From: Camelus ferus
Taxonomy: Eukaryota
Length of the DNA: 64,000 nucleotides
Direction: 5' to 3'
Assembly (NCBI RefSeq): GCF_009834535.1
Contig: NC_045697.1
Coordinates: 115,198,001-115,262,000 of the forward strand
Numbering within the stretch: the stretch's first letter is position 1; each line of letters starts with the position of its first letter. The notes beneath the pieces are model-generated. The model was not told where the DNA came from and did no database searches. It saw only the letters and a program-made list of their open reading frames with translations. This document shows positions 38,401 to 49,479 of the stretch, piece by piece. Position numbers and translations under genes: made by a program.

Positions 38401-39070
38401 CCTCTGGGAGCAGGTTCTGTAATCTTTTGATGAACTCTCTGGGGTTTTTGTTCTCTCTCTCTCTTCTCTCTTTTTTCTTTTTCTTTTTCTTTTTCTTTTT
38501 CTTTTCCCCCAGGCCAGAGTCCCTGGGCTGTGTTTTTCAGATTTTCTTAGATCTTAGAAAATATATTATTTTTTTTAATATTTTAGGAAAAAATTCTCTT
38601 TTCTCCCCCACCTCCAATTTAGGTGAGGCAGAAAGGCTAGAGGAAGCTGGAGTTGTTAATTGCCCTTGAGGGATAGCCTTTGTTATGGAGAACACAGTGA
38701 TAACAGAACTCTGTGGTTGTTTTTCAGGATTGCTACTTTTACCCTCCCTCTGCTGGAGGCGTGATAAGATTTTCTTAAATCCTCACAGTGTAAATCTGGT
38801 CAGTTTCTTGGAAGTAAAACTCAAGAAAGTGTGGGTCTTGCATCAGAACGGGACCCTGAGTTTTTCCTCCCAAGCTGGTTCCCACTCAGCCCCCAGCAGA
38901 TCATCAGACACAGTTTAAATGTTCCTAAGTGACTGCTCCAGAGCGTTCTTCTCCTGGGAAGCTGTGACTCTCTGTACTCACCTCTATCTCCAGTTTTAGA
39001 GGCAGGAGTTTGCCCTGTGACCTTAGCTTTCTGGTGGGTCTAAGAAGATTTGTTGATTTTTGCTCCCAGG
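33197..39070 (-). mobile_element. Near full-span old L1 (L1MC1/2-type) with internal deletions: 3' UTR, ORF2, ORF1 and 5' region
   Basis: 3' end 'ttaatagactattttt..cagttttaggtttacagaaaaactgagcagatagtacaga'; ORF 36727-37218(-) is an APE-endonuclease remnant (TNRLKV..GVAILISDKADFR); ORF1 remnants at ~37900-38340. Confidence 0.9.
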
Positions 39071-39446
39071 TCAGAAAGAGAACTTGGAGGCCACCTCATT
39101 CTTTTTGTTGAAAATAAATTATGTAGTTTTTTTTTTTTTAATCTTTATTTAAAATGTTCTGATGTACTACTTATTTGCTTCAGGTGCAATTTGAGAACAA
39201 AATCATTAAGACTGAATTTAAAACTTTCTTTTTCCTACTAAGGCTACTCAGCAAAGTACATTGAATATAATTTTATTATCTATTATTGAATGAATTATGG
39301 AATGTCTCCCCAAATATAAAAAATATGAGACAAGATGAGTAACATAGAAAAATGATTACCAAAAAAAAAAAAAAACTAATTTTTTAATCTGAATATTGGT
39401 AAAATATTTTTATTGTACACAGTACAGTTTTAAAATTTTATCTTAT

Positions 39447-39581
39447 TTTTATCTTATTTTCTTATTTTGGTGGGGAGGTAATTTGGTTTATTTATTTATC
39501 TTTAGTGGCAGTACTGGGGATTGAACCCACCACCTTGTTCTTGCTAAACACATGCTCTACCACTGAGCTATACCCTCCCCC
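39447..39581 (-). mobile_element. tRNA-derived SINE (camelid Vic-1-like)
   Basis: Minus strand 'ggggagggtatagctcagtggtagagcatgtg...gggttcaatccccagtactgcc' with Pol III A box TAGCTCAGTGG and B box GGTTCAATCC, followed by an A-rich tail; imperfect TSD taaaa..cttat. Confidence 0.88.
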
Positions 39582-41234
39582 TAAAAACTTCTTATATGTC
39601 AACATTTACTGAGTTCAGTATTCAAATTTTTAAAGTTTTATTTTCTATTTGAATACAATATTTTTCCAGTAATTTTTTAATGAGTGTTACTTCATATATA
39701 TAGGAGAGTATTCACAATGCTGTATTCTTACATTGATCTAAATGACTTTTCAGCTGATTTTCTTGGACTTTGCAGCTATAAGTAGTCAGATCTGATCATC
39801 TCCTCTGAAAAACACATTTTTCTTCATTTAATAATATAAAATATGTATGTATCTACACTACCTATTGAGCCAAAATGCACACACATGCGCACTGATTTTT
39901 GATGAGCTGTGTTTGCTAGTGTGTCCAGAATAATAATAGTGGCCATCCCTACTTCGTTTGACTTTAGTGATGTTTCTAGAGTTTCAGCACTAAAGGTAGC
40001 ATTTGCCCTTGACTCACTGCCTCTTCTGTACATCTCTCTCCCACTGTCCATCTACATCATCCCACTAGTTTTCATGTTAAGAAAGAATCCATCTATTTTC
40101 ATCAGAATGAAATTTAAGAATTTGCCATTTGTCAAATGCTTTCAGATTGTATAGAAACATATTTTTCATCAAAACTTATGAAATCAGAAGAATAAGTATA
40201 AATGTAATTGAATAAAGTTAGCATTAATTGTAAAATAGTGATGTATTTCACTTAGATATAAAAATTCATTGCTCACATTTTTTTTTTTTAGAAATTATTT
40301 TCTTTAGCTACTCAGAAAAGCTAAGGATCAAAGTACTTATAAATCATAGAGGAAAAAAACTAGACAGTCTGCATGCTGTCTAATGAGACTGAGACAAACA
40401 ATGAATTCTAAAACTGAATGTTATCAATTATAAGTGGCAGAGTTCTTGTATTGTATTCTCCTCTCATTCACTGTAAAAGAATGGAATTTATTCCAAGTTA
40501 TTTTATTACTGAGACTATCTTTAGTCATCTGAAATCTAGACTTTAACATTGAGGTTTATACTAAAGACTTCCACTGTTTTGTTTGAGGAAGTTTTCAGGA
40601 GTCATATTTTGCGGATAGGAATGGTAGGAAAGATGCTATTTAATAAAATATGGTACCTCCTATTCTCCACTCAATTTGTAAATGAAATCACTTTTCCCTT
40701 TTTTGCTTTTTGTTTCCTTTCCTTTGTTCTAAAGAGAAGCTAAAATAACTCTCCAGCATTTTATTGTATATTTTGAGTTGGCTGCAATATTGTGATTTCT
40801 CCCCCTCTTTGTCAAAAGCTTAAAAACAAAGCAATAAACATGCTTTTGACAGTTTCTGAACCTAAAAATATAAGCGCTTGGTTTATATTGTATACAGGAA
40901 AGGTAAAAAGGACTCAGAACTCAGAATTTGGCCCAATTTGTGCTTCTATCTACATATTCTTTGTAAGTTATCTCATACAATTACAAAGCTTGAATTACTT
41001 TAGTAAACTGATGATCCTAAAATATCAAATCTGCATTCTAGAATTACACATTTACTTGCTCATTTGTCATCAGCATGGTTGTTTAAGGACAATCTGACAC
41101 TTCTTTTGGCCAAAACAAATTGCTAACCACTGCCCAGTCACCAGCAGTGGTACAAAGATCTTTCATCAGCATTACTTCATTATCCAATTGCTACTCAGCT
41201 CAAAACCTCAAGAATTATTCTCAACTCAAATCTC

Positions 41235-41590
41235 TAAGTACTTGTTCCTTGAAGCATAGTCCTAGACCATCATCGCCTGGGAACTTGTCTGAGATGCAGT
41301 GTTAGGTGCCTCAATTCAAACCTATAGATTTAGATTTGATAACCTTTAATGAAAATATATGAAAATGAGTATATGTAGGTATATGCATGACTGAGACATT
41401 GTGCTGTACATCAGAAATGGACACATTGTAACTGACTATACTTCAATTAAAAAATAAAGAATATTTATATGCTAAATATTAAGCCTGTACTTTTAAATAA
41501 TAAAATAATAGAAGTCTATAAAAAAAGATTCTGGATTTTAACAGGATCTTCAGATGATTCATATAATTATTAAAGTTTGAGAAACACTGC
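41235..41590. mobile_element. MER5A-like hAT-Charlie MITE, split by an L1 insertion
   Basis: 'catcgcctgggaacttgtctgagatgcag' on the left; 'ttttaacaggatcttcagatgattcatataattattaaagtttgagaaacactg' on the right. Confidence 0.8.
41337..41525 (+). mobile_element. Young 5'-truncated L1 3' end with extra 3' sequence
   Basis: 'ataacctttaatgaaaa...gtgctgtacatcagaaatggacacattgtaactgactatacttcaattaaaaaa', then ~65 non-L1 bases and a second A-run; short TSD agatt. Confidence 0.85.
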
Positions 41591-41599
41591 CACAAATCA

Positions 41600-41960
41600 C
41601 CCCTATGTCTGAGCCATCAGTCATTATTATTACCTCTCCATCTAAAACAAATGCGGAAGAGAATACCTTTTTATCGTCGCCATTGTTACCATTATAATTC
41701 CTCATCACTTCTTCCCTCTCCCACTCTGCCCTCTAGGGTCCACTCCTCCACAGCAGCCAGAGTGTTCCTTTAACGCATCAGACCCTGCTTGTCCCAATCT
41801 CACTACTGCATTTGAAGCTCCTGAGCCTGTCTTGAATGTTCTGTATGATCTGTCCCTATCTGCCTTTTGCCTTTATTGCTGATGACTCTAATCTCATTGA
41901 TTCATTTATTGTGTTCAGCTGTAAGAGCTCATTCTGGACACATCACCATTGAGACACCTC
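41600..41960 (+). mobile_element. L2 fragment
   Basis: 'cccactctgccctctagggtccactcctccacagcagccagagtgttcctttaa'. Confidence 0.75.
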
Positions 41961-41994
41961 AATTAAGGGCTCTGACTTTACCAGGACCCAGGAA

Positions 41995-44007
41995 CACACT
42001 AGAAGCCCTTTTTAAAAAGGCATATAATCCATTGTGCCGAAGACATGACCCTGTCCCAATACCCTAGGGACCAGCTTTGTGATTCTTCCATAGGAATTTG
42101 CCGTAAACTCCAAACAGCATCTTTTCTCACCATGGAGAGCTTCGCTGTCACAGTGTCTGTGGATCGTGAAGCCCAAGCTTCAGGGCTGCCCGTGCTGTAG
42201 CCTGCACTTGTCACAGAGCACTGCGTCATTCTGGGCCTCCCTGTCTGGACAGAATGATGTCATCAATATAATGCATCAGCGTAATATTCTGAGGGGTGTC
42301 CAGATGGTCCAGGTCTTTTGGGATCATGTTATTTCAAAAAGCTGGAGAGTTAATACAGCCCCACGAAAAATCTGTAAATGAATATTATTGGCCATTCCAC
42401 GTGAATGTGAATCCCTTCTGATCCTCTATACTAAAAAACATAGGGGGAAAAAACACACACTCAAAATCAATGGCCAATTTGCCACGTGCTAAGGCTTTAT
42501 TGATCTGTTCTGGCAGTGATACCATCTAAAATCGCAGTCACTCTCGTGGCTCCTCCTTGATTCAATCTACCTTTTTTCTCAAGGATCCAGGCAGTTTCCA
42601 TAATTTTTTTTGTAGTTTCTGCAACAGACAGGAAGAGAAGAAGTGACCACAGTTTGGGACTGTCGACCCAGTGGACTTACCACCACTTGGACTCTATACT
42701 TCAGCCGCATTAGCCCTAATGATATTAAAGAGGCCAGCTCTGACCACCTCTGCTAATACCAGCCCTGGCTTTCAGATCGGGTGCATGAGATCCAACGCAG
42801 AGCACTGCAGTGAGGCTGGTTTCCCTCCCACCAGAACTTTTCTGATGGTCTTGGGTATTGGTAGCTCCTCCATCCCTCCCATGGACTATAATCATCTCTG
42901 GGTGCTCTGGTTTTACAGAATATACCCAACTCAATACACCCACTTCCCTGAGCCTTCTTATTTTTCCCTCTGTCCCCTGCTAGGACAGCTCAGGTCTTGT
43001 CCACTTTTCCCCGTTTGGGCCATTGCTTTCTTCAGGCTTCTCTGAACCAGGACAGCTATAAGTGTGCCCCTGGAGTGCTCACAGGTTGTTAAATCTCAGA
43101 TCCCAAGAAAGTGCCCACAAGTCAATGACGTCTTGCTGATTCAGTCAAAATTCTGGTCCTCTTGATCAACCACTCACAAAACCCAGCCCCAGGGATATTC
43201 CTCTGGTTCTTACCAATGAAGCTAGTTACTTCTTATAATTCCCTTGGCATGTCCAGAATGATATTATTCTGGAATATACCCCTTTTTTTTTCAGCCTGGG
43301 AGCTAGGAGAGAAGGGATGGAAAATTCCTGAGGGTAATAACCATTTGCTTTTGAGACTTGGCCTCTCTGGATGCTTCCTGTGCTAGGGAAAGACCAGATC
43401 TTCCTGGGAAATGAGTGAGCCACTCAGGAACGTGAATAGGATCCAGGATTATCTGAAGAGCCAGGATTCTTGGAGACATCCGTCCAGATGTCACCTTCAC
43501 ACATTTCTGTGTTCCAGGTTCTCATCCAGAGTCCTCATCTTAGTTTTGCATGGGCATTTAAACATCTCTGGAACTCTCCGACTCAAACTTCCAAAACCAA
43601 TGGCTGTTCCTCTTCGCATTTCTACTGCAGGAGACCTGAATACTTCTTTTGTAAACTAGGAAAACTGGTCCTCTGGCTCCCACACTTAGCTTAATTGTTA
43701 ACCTTCTCCACGTCTCGTTTTTCTGCAGAGTGTCAGTGTAACTAACAACCAGTCAGCTCCACTGTCTTTTGAGGAATTTTCCTCTCCTTTCACTTAAATG
43801 ACTGAATCATTACACTGGCAAGGGGATTCTAGTCACTTGGGAATTTTCTCAGGCCATTTCCAGTAAAATTCTCAGCAATAAGGTCACCAAATTTTGTCAA
43901 GGATTACCTATACCCTCCATTCAATTCAGAATGGAGACCTCCTTGCCACTTGGGTAGTTGATGGCTCCATCCCCAATGCCAATTGTTCATTCACTCTGAT
44001 TATCATC
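41995..44007 (-). mobile_element. ERVL internal remnant attached to LTR16 (ERV3-16A3-like), with large deletions
   Basis: ORF 41999-42229(-) gives KDAVWSLRQIPMEESQSWSLGYWDRVMSS, matching ERVL pol DRDAVWSLWQAPIGESQRRPLGFWSKALPSS; directly abuts an LTR16 in the same orientation. Confidence 0.75.
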
Positions 44008-44474
44008 TGTGTTTGCCATGTCCCTCCAAGAGGCAGACACTAAAGTTGAATTAGACTTCCATGAAATGTGTTGGGAAGGATCCCTGTATTGCTTTACAGG
44101 AAGGAGCAGGACCAGGTAGGGAGAGCCTTAAGAAAACAGTGCAGTATTGGGCGCCCCGGAGAGAGAACAAGAAAGAATGGCTGAGTAGAAAGAGCCTCAG
44201 CCCACAGAACAATTTTGGAAAAAAATTTTTTGTGTGGCCATGTCACTGAGGAGTCACTGAGCAGAAATTACCCATCAGAAGGGTCCCTCATTGGACAAAA
44301 ATGGGGTCAGGACTAGCACCCCACCGTACTCAATCATGGGCTGAGAGCAGCCAGAGAATGTTTGTTCTCTGTACACATGAAATATAAGGCTTCCGAAAAG
44401 GCAGTAACTGTGGCTGTTAGCTACTAATTTTCCTGCAGCAGGTTGTCTAGAATTCCTGCGTGCACACATCCACA
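44008..44474 (-). mobile_element. LTR16A-like LTR (5' LTR of the adjacent ERVL remnant)
   Basis: 'tccctccaagaggcagacactaaag...aggaaggagcaggaccaggtagggagagcctt...gtactcaatcatgggctgagagcagcc...catccaca'. Confidence 0.8.
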
Positions 44475-44479
44475 GACAT

Positions 44480-44553
44480 CAGACCTCCCGATAAACTGCT
44501 CAAATGCAAGTCCTCCTCCCAGGATCTGCTTCCAGGCGAAAGCAAACTAATAC
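44480..44553 (+). mobile_element. 3' end of a second LTR16-type LTR in opposite orientation
   Basis: 'ataaactgctcaaatgcaagtcctcctcccaggatctgcttccaggcgaaagcaaactaataca'. Confidence 0.55.
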
Positions 44554-44619
44554 AGTTTTCCTTTCCTTTCCCGCCTTTCTTTTTTTCCCCCTATTTTCAC
44601 AGAGAATTTACATAACCAT

Positions 44620-45200
44620 GGTCTAAGCTATGAAAATATGGAGGACGTTTGAGGAGCAATTTGCTCCTAGTATTTTCTTGGTGGGAAAATTTAAACTAGT
44701 AATTTCAGTTCTTTAGTGAAGGGCTATTCAGATGTGTAGATATACCTTTTTGAATCAGTTTTGGTAACTTATTTCATCTTGGAATGCATGCATCTTGCCT
44801 GTGTTGGAAACTTTGTCGCTATATAGATGTTTAGAGTATTTGAATTATTGATGCCACTAGTCACATTTCTTGTTGCTAATATAATTTCTCTTGCCTCCTA
44901 GCTTTAGTTCTTGGCGATTATTGGTGGACATTTGTCTATCTTATTAGCCATTTCAAAGAACCACGTTTTAGCTTTACATATCTTCTCCATTGTATCTTTT
45001 TTGTTTCATTAATTTTTGCTGTGTATATCTTGTTTCTTCTATAATTTTGGATTTGTTTTACTTTTTAAATGTATTTTGTAATTTTTCAATTGGGAAATAT
45101 GCTCATGAACTTTTAGTCTTTCTTCTTTTCTAAAATAAGCATTTCCAAATAATAATTTTACCTATAACTTACTTCAATGTTCATTTCTAAGTATTTTTAA
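44620..45200 (-). mobile_element. Old L1 ORF2 fragment
   Basis: 'tttgtctatcttattagccatttcaaagaaccacgttttagcttt', 'ctttcttcttttctaaaataagcattt'. Confidence 0.75.
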
Positions 45201-45204
45201 ATTA

Positions 45205-45652
45205 TGCAGGTAATGATTAATGCATCAACCTGACTGGCCATGGAGTGCCCAGATATCTGATTAAAAGTTATTCTGGGTGTGTCTGTAAGAGTATTTCCTG
45301 ATGAGAGTAATATTTGAGTTGATAGACTGAATAAAGCCATCTTCCCCCATGGGGATGTGTCTCATCCAATCTGTTGAAGGCCTGGATAGAACAAAAGGCT
45401 AAGTAAGAGAGAATTTGCTCTCTCTCTCTGATGGTCTTTAAACTGACACATCAGTCTCTTCCCACCTTGGAACTGAGACTGGAGCTTACACCAGCGTTTC
45501 TCCTGGTTTTTACATCTTCAAACAACAAATCATGGGATGACTCAGCATATGTAGTTGCCTGAGCCAGTCCCTTATATTGGGCTCTATCTCTCTCTCCATC
45601 ATCTTTCTATTTATCTTATTGGTTTTGTCTCTGGACAACTTTGAATAATATA
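45205..45652 (+). mobile_element. MLT2-type LTR (5' LTR of an ERVL provirus)
   Basis: 'catcaacctgactggccatggagtgcccagatatctgattaaaagttattctgggtgtgtctgtaagagtatttcctgatgag...catccaatctgttgaaggcctggatagaacaaaagg'. Confidence 0.9.
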
Positions 45653-47510
45653 AATTTGGTATGAAAAATTATTGTAAAGAAACAGACTTTAAAGAATAAA
45701 TTTTCCGAGGGAGTTCTAGGATTTCTGGAATTGACTCTCCAATCTGATTAGATTTAAAGATGCTAATGACTCTATTTCCAGTAGTAGGGGGAAAAAAAAA
45801 AAGCTAACAACAAAGCAAAACACTGCTAGTGCATGGCAACAGGTATATGTGAAACAACTCCATTGCATGCTTCTAAATCAACCACTTGCAAGAAGAAAGA
45901 AGTTGGGTGACTGTATATGATATTTCTGACTGTTTTTTAGAAAACTCACAAATTTAATGAAGTTAAAGAGGTTAAAAACTGGTTGCTCCTAATATCCTTG
46001 AGTAAAGTGATGAATGAAAATAATGAGTTCAGGAATTCAAATTCCCAAATCAATTGCCACATAAGTGATCTGAAAGTTTCTATGTGTTCCCTGAAGAAGA
46101 CCCTTATCTCTTATAGATACAGGGCTGAGACTCCTGACAGGGAAATGAAGATTAGCAGATAAAAACTACTATATGTAAAATAGGTAAACAGCAAGGTCTT
46201 ACTGTATAGCACAGGGATCTATATTCAATAACTTATAGTAACCTATAATGAAAAAGAAAATATATATGTAAACCTGAATCACTATGCTGTACACCAGAAA
46301 CCAACACAACATTGTAAGTCAACTGTCCTTCACAAAGAAAAAAGAAGAAAGAAAGAAAGAAAGAAAAAAAGAAAGAAAGAAAGAAAGAAAGAGAAAGCAA
46401 AAAAGGAAGCAAGCAAGCAAGCAAGAAAAAATTTTAGCAGCATTGATTTAAGAAAGAATGAGATCCTGTAAGTTGGGGTGGGGACATTGCAAAAGACTCA
46501 GATGAAAATGAGACATTGAGACCCCACATTCCTATGAGTCTCCTTTGCTAGATGCTTCCCCAGCTCTCACAGAAGCAGCCTCCCCGCCCCCGGTGGTTTC
46601 AGCCTTTGCACCCACTTATGGGGAAATTAACCTTGCACCGCCTGAGGAAACTGTAATGGGCTCCTCTGAGTTAGTTGTAATGCAAAACATTGTTGATGCT
46701 CTTCAAGACCTACCCCTAGCATCCTTCTTTTCTTCTAGATTTACAACTCTGCTGAAGTCCTAGCTCGCGTCTTAAAGATAGGTACAAAGTACTATCCATG
46801 AGGAGCTTTGCTAGAGTCCGAAACCACTACTTGAGTTTTCTAATTTACACACTGAATTCTGAGGTTCGTTCATGAGACTGGATATGAAGCATATGGGATA
46901 CTGAAAGTTGTATCAGGCTGAATTTATAGATACAGGCTCACTAAGGAGAGATTCTGCATTTATATCACATCTCAGAGAGTTAGGAAGGTATCGAACAGTT
47001 TATTTTGTTGACTGAGTCATGTATCAAAAGGTCACCATGAGCAAATTAGAAATGCTGGACCTGTCTTGTTTCACTATAGAAGGAGGAATTCAAAGTCTCT
47101 GGGAGACTGGAGTATTACAGTGGATTGTTTGTTTAATATCTACTCGCCCACAGTGCCAGGGCACAGAAGATGTACCCTTCACCAATACTGTGAGACGTAG
47201 ACTAGACGTAGACCAGGGCTATGGTCTCCCTGAAGAGCTCTGTGATCACTCTTCTCTGTTAGGTCTCCAGTCAATGAAATGGGAAGCCTAAATGCAGTGG
47301 CATTCATTGGATCCCGAGGTGGTAAGGACTAAGTGGCAAGGTGGTGGGCGTAGTCACTGCACCGGACAGCGAAGTCAAAGCAACAGCCCAAACAGTCTGA
47401 CTCGTGCAGACCTTCCGCTCTGGCTAGTTGGTCTAGATGTCCCTACGAGTGAAATAGATAGGAAACCTACTAAATTATGACTTAGTCTACATAAACAGAA
47501 CAGTTCTCTT
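45653..47510 (+). mobile_element. ERVL (HERV-L/ERVL-B4-like) leader and gag remnant
   Basis: 'ctgattagatttaaagatgctaatgactctatttccagtag' gag start; ORFs such as EINLAPPEETVMGSSE, KLEMLDLSCFTIEGGIQSLWETGVLQWI and LTRADLPLWLVGLDVPTSEIDRKPTKL are ERVL Gag-like. Confidence 0.85.
46140..46428 (+). mobile_element. Young L1 3' end with (GAAA)n/(GCAA)n tail, inserted in ERVL gag
   Basis: 'gattagcagataaaaactactatatgtaaaataggtaaacagcaaggtcttactgtatagcacaggga...gctgtacaccagaaaccaacacaacattgtaagtcaact'. Confidence 0.9.
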
Positions 47511-47654
47511 GTTCTGGCCCCCACTCAAATCTAGCAGATTATCAGGTCCCTCAGTGACATGCTGGAGGAACACAGTCAAAATTCCAAAACTCAAAGGGGC
47601 CCTGTTGTCATTGGCTCTCCCTTTTATTTTTTTTTAATATAAAAAAAGCCCAAA

Positions 47655-48520
47655 GCAATGACTTATCCTTCACCTCAGAGGGGACATCTCAGCATGCCTG
47701 CACCAATGGGCCCCTAGACATTTCACTGAGAGAGATGGCCCCTGGATTTCTGTCAGATTTATTTCCCACTCTGTGGTTTGCAATGTCTTACCAGTAAATA
47801 TAGAGACGCTGCTGTCTTGCTCACGAGGTCCAACCAGCACAATGTCATCCATGTACTGGGTCAGTGACATTTGTGGAAAGCAAAGGGCAATCGTAGTCCC
47901 TGAGAACCAATTTATGACATAGGACTGGAGAGTGGATGCAACCCCGAGGCAGCACAGAGAAGGTGTAATTATGTTGGCCTTGCTGGCTGCAAGTGAACTG
48001 CTTCTGATGGTCTTTACTAACAGGCATCAAGAAAAAGGCATTTGCCCCATCAATAGCTGTTTGCAAGGTAACATGGGATGCTTTAACTTGCTGAAGCAAG
48101 GGAACTACTTCTGGTCTATCGGCTACAATTAGACGACTCAGCTGGTTAAGCTTATGATGACCCACTGTCTTTCTCCGAGATCCATCTGTCTCCTATGAGT
48201 GCAATGGGGATGTGGTAGGAATCACCACTCCTGCATCCTTCAGGTCTTTGATGGTGGCGCTAAACTCAGCAGCTCCTCCAGGAATGCAGCAGTATTTCAG
48301 TTTACTGTTTTCCCAAGTAGAGGCAATTTTAGTTTCTACCTGGCCTTTCCACCATAATAGCCCTCACAGCACAGGTCACCAAACCAATATGGGGTTTGTG
48401 CCAGCTGCAGAGTATATGTATTCCAATTAAACATTTAAGAACTGGATAAATAATCACAGAATGGATCCAGGACACCCTGGACCCTTAGTGAGATGAACTC
48501 CATGGTGAGTCATTTCTGGC
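47655..48520 (-). mobile_element. ERVL protease C-terminus and RT block, inverted relative to its provirus
   Basis: Minus ORFs: HKLNQ..AIDGANAFFLMPVSKDHQKQFT..YTFSVLPRGCIHSPVLCH and QYMDDIVLVGP..WEINLTEIQGP..VKCLG (RT LPQG and YxDD motifs). Confidence 0.92.
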
Positions 48521-49440
48521 CATTTGGGTCATTCTTCTCTGGTACTGAGCTTAGTAGAGACTGAAAACTTAACCATGGGCCACCAAGTTACCGTGTGGAC
48601 CAAATGGTCCCCCTCCTGCCACTCTGCCTTCCCTCCTCCAGCCTCACTTGTGACCCTGTGGGGAGCTCCCTATGACTGGGGACAGGGGAAGAGAAGACTG
48701 GGGTCTGGTTTATGGACGGGTCTGGTGGGAGCAGGTGCATCCTGAAAGTGGACAGTGCAGCACCACTGCCCCTTCCTGCGACATCCCTGAAGGACGGTGA
48801 TGAAGGGCAGTCCTCCCAGGGGGAGGAACTTCGAGCAGCACACTTTGTTATTCACTTTTCTGCAGAGGAGAAATGGCCAGATGTGCAATTACATACCAGT
48901 TCGTGAGCAGTGCCCAGTGGTTTGGCTAGATCATCAGGGATTTGGAAGACATGTAATTGAAAAGTTGGTCACAAGGACATTTGGGGAAGAGATACGTGGA
49001 TAGGCCTCTCTGAATGGGCAAACAACAGGAAGATATTTGTCTTCCGTATGAATGCTCACCAAAGGGTGACCTCAGCAGGAGAGGATTTTTAATAATCGAG
49101 TGGACAAGATGATTTGTTCTGTAGATACCAGTGAACCCCTATTCCCAGATACCCATGTCATTGCCCAAAGAGCTCACGAACAAAATGATGGGTCTCCAGG
49201 AAGCTGTAAATGATCTGAGTCAGTGTTCAATGTATGGTCCTGGTTCTCCCCTTAGCCATGACTCATGGGTTCAAGGATAAAGGGATTGACCACTCATTAT
49301 TACCCCTAGTAATTCACTAACAAAAATTTTCCTTCCTTTCCTGGGACCTTATGCTCTGCTGGCCTGGAGATCTTAGTTCCAGAAGGAGGAACACTTCCAC
49401 TGGGAACACAATGATTACATTGAACGCTGCTGCCTGGCTA
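48521..49440 (+). mobile_element. ERVL pol RNase H region and downstream remnant
   Basis: Plus ORFs LVETENLTMGHQVTV and LKDGDEGQSSQGEELRAAHFVIHFSAEEKWPDVQLHT; 'atgaatgctcaccaaagggtgacctcagcaggagaggattttaataatc'. Confidence 0.88.
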
Positions 49441-49479
49441 CACTAACCTTTCCTTCACCGTTGTGCACACACTGGGACT

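Noticed and set aside
39500..39581. tRNA gene
   Set aside because: It has A and B boxes, but is followed by a SINE body and A-rich tail and has a degenerate cloverleaf; it is a SINE head.
47670..48165. Domesticated reverse transcriptase gene
   Set aside because: RT motifs are split across frameshifted short ORFs within a decayed ERVL.
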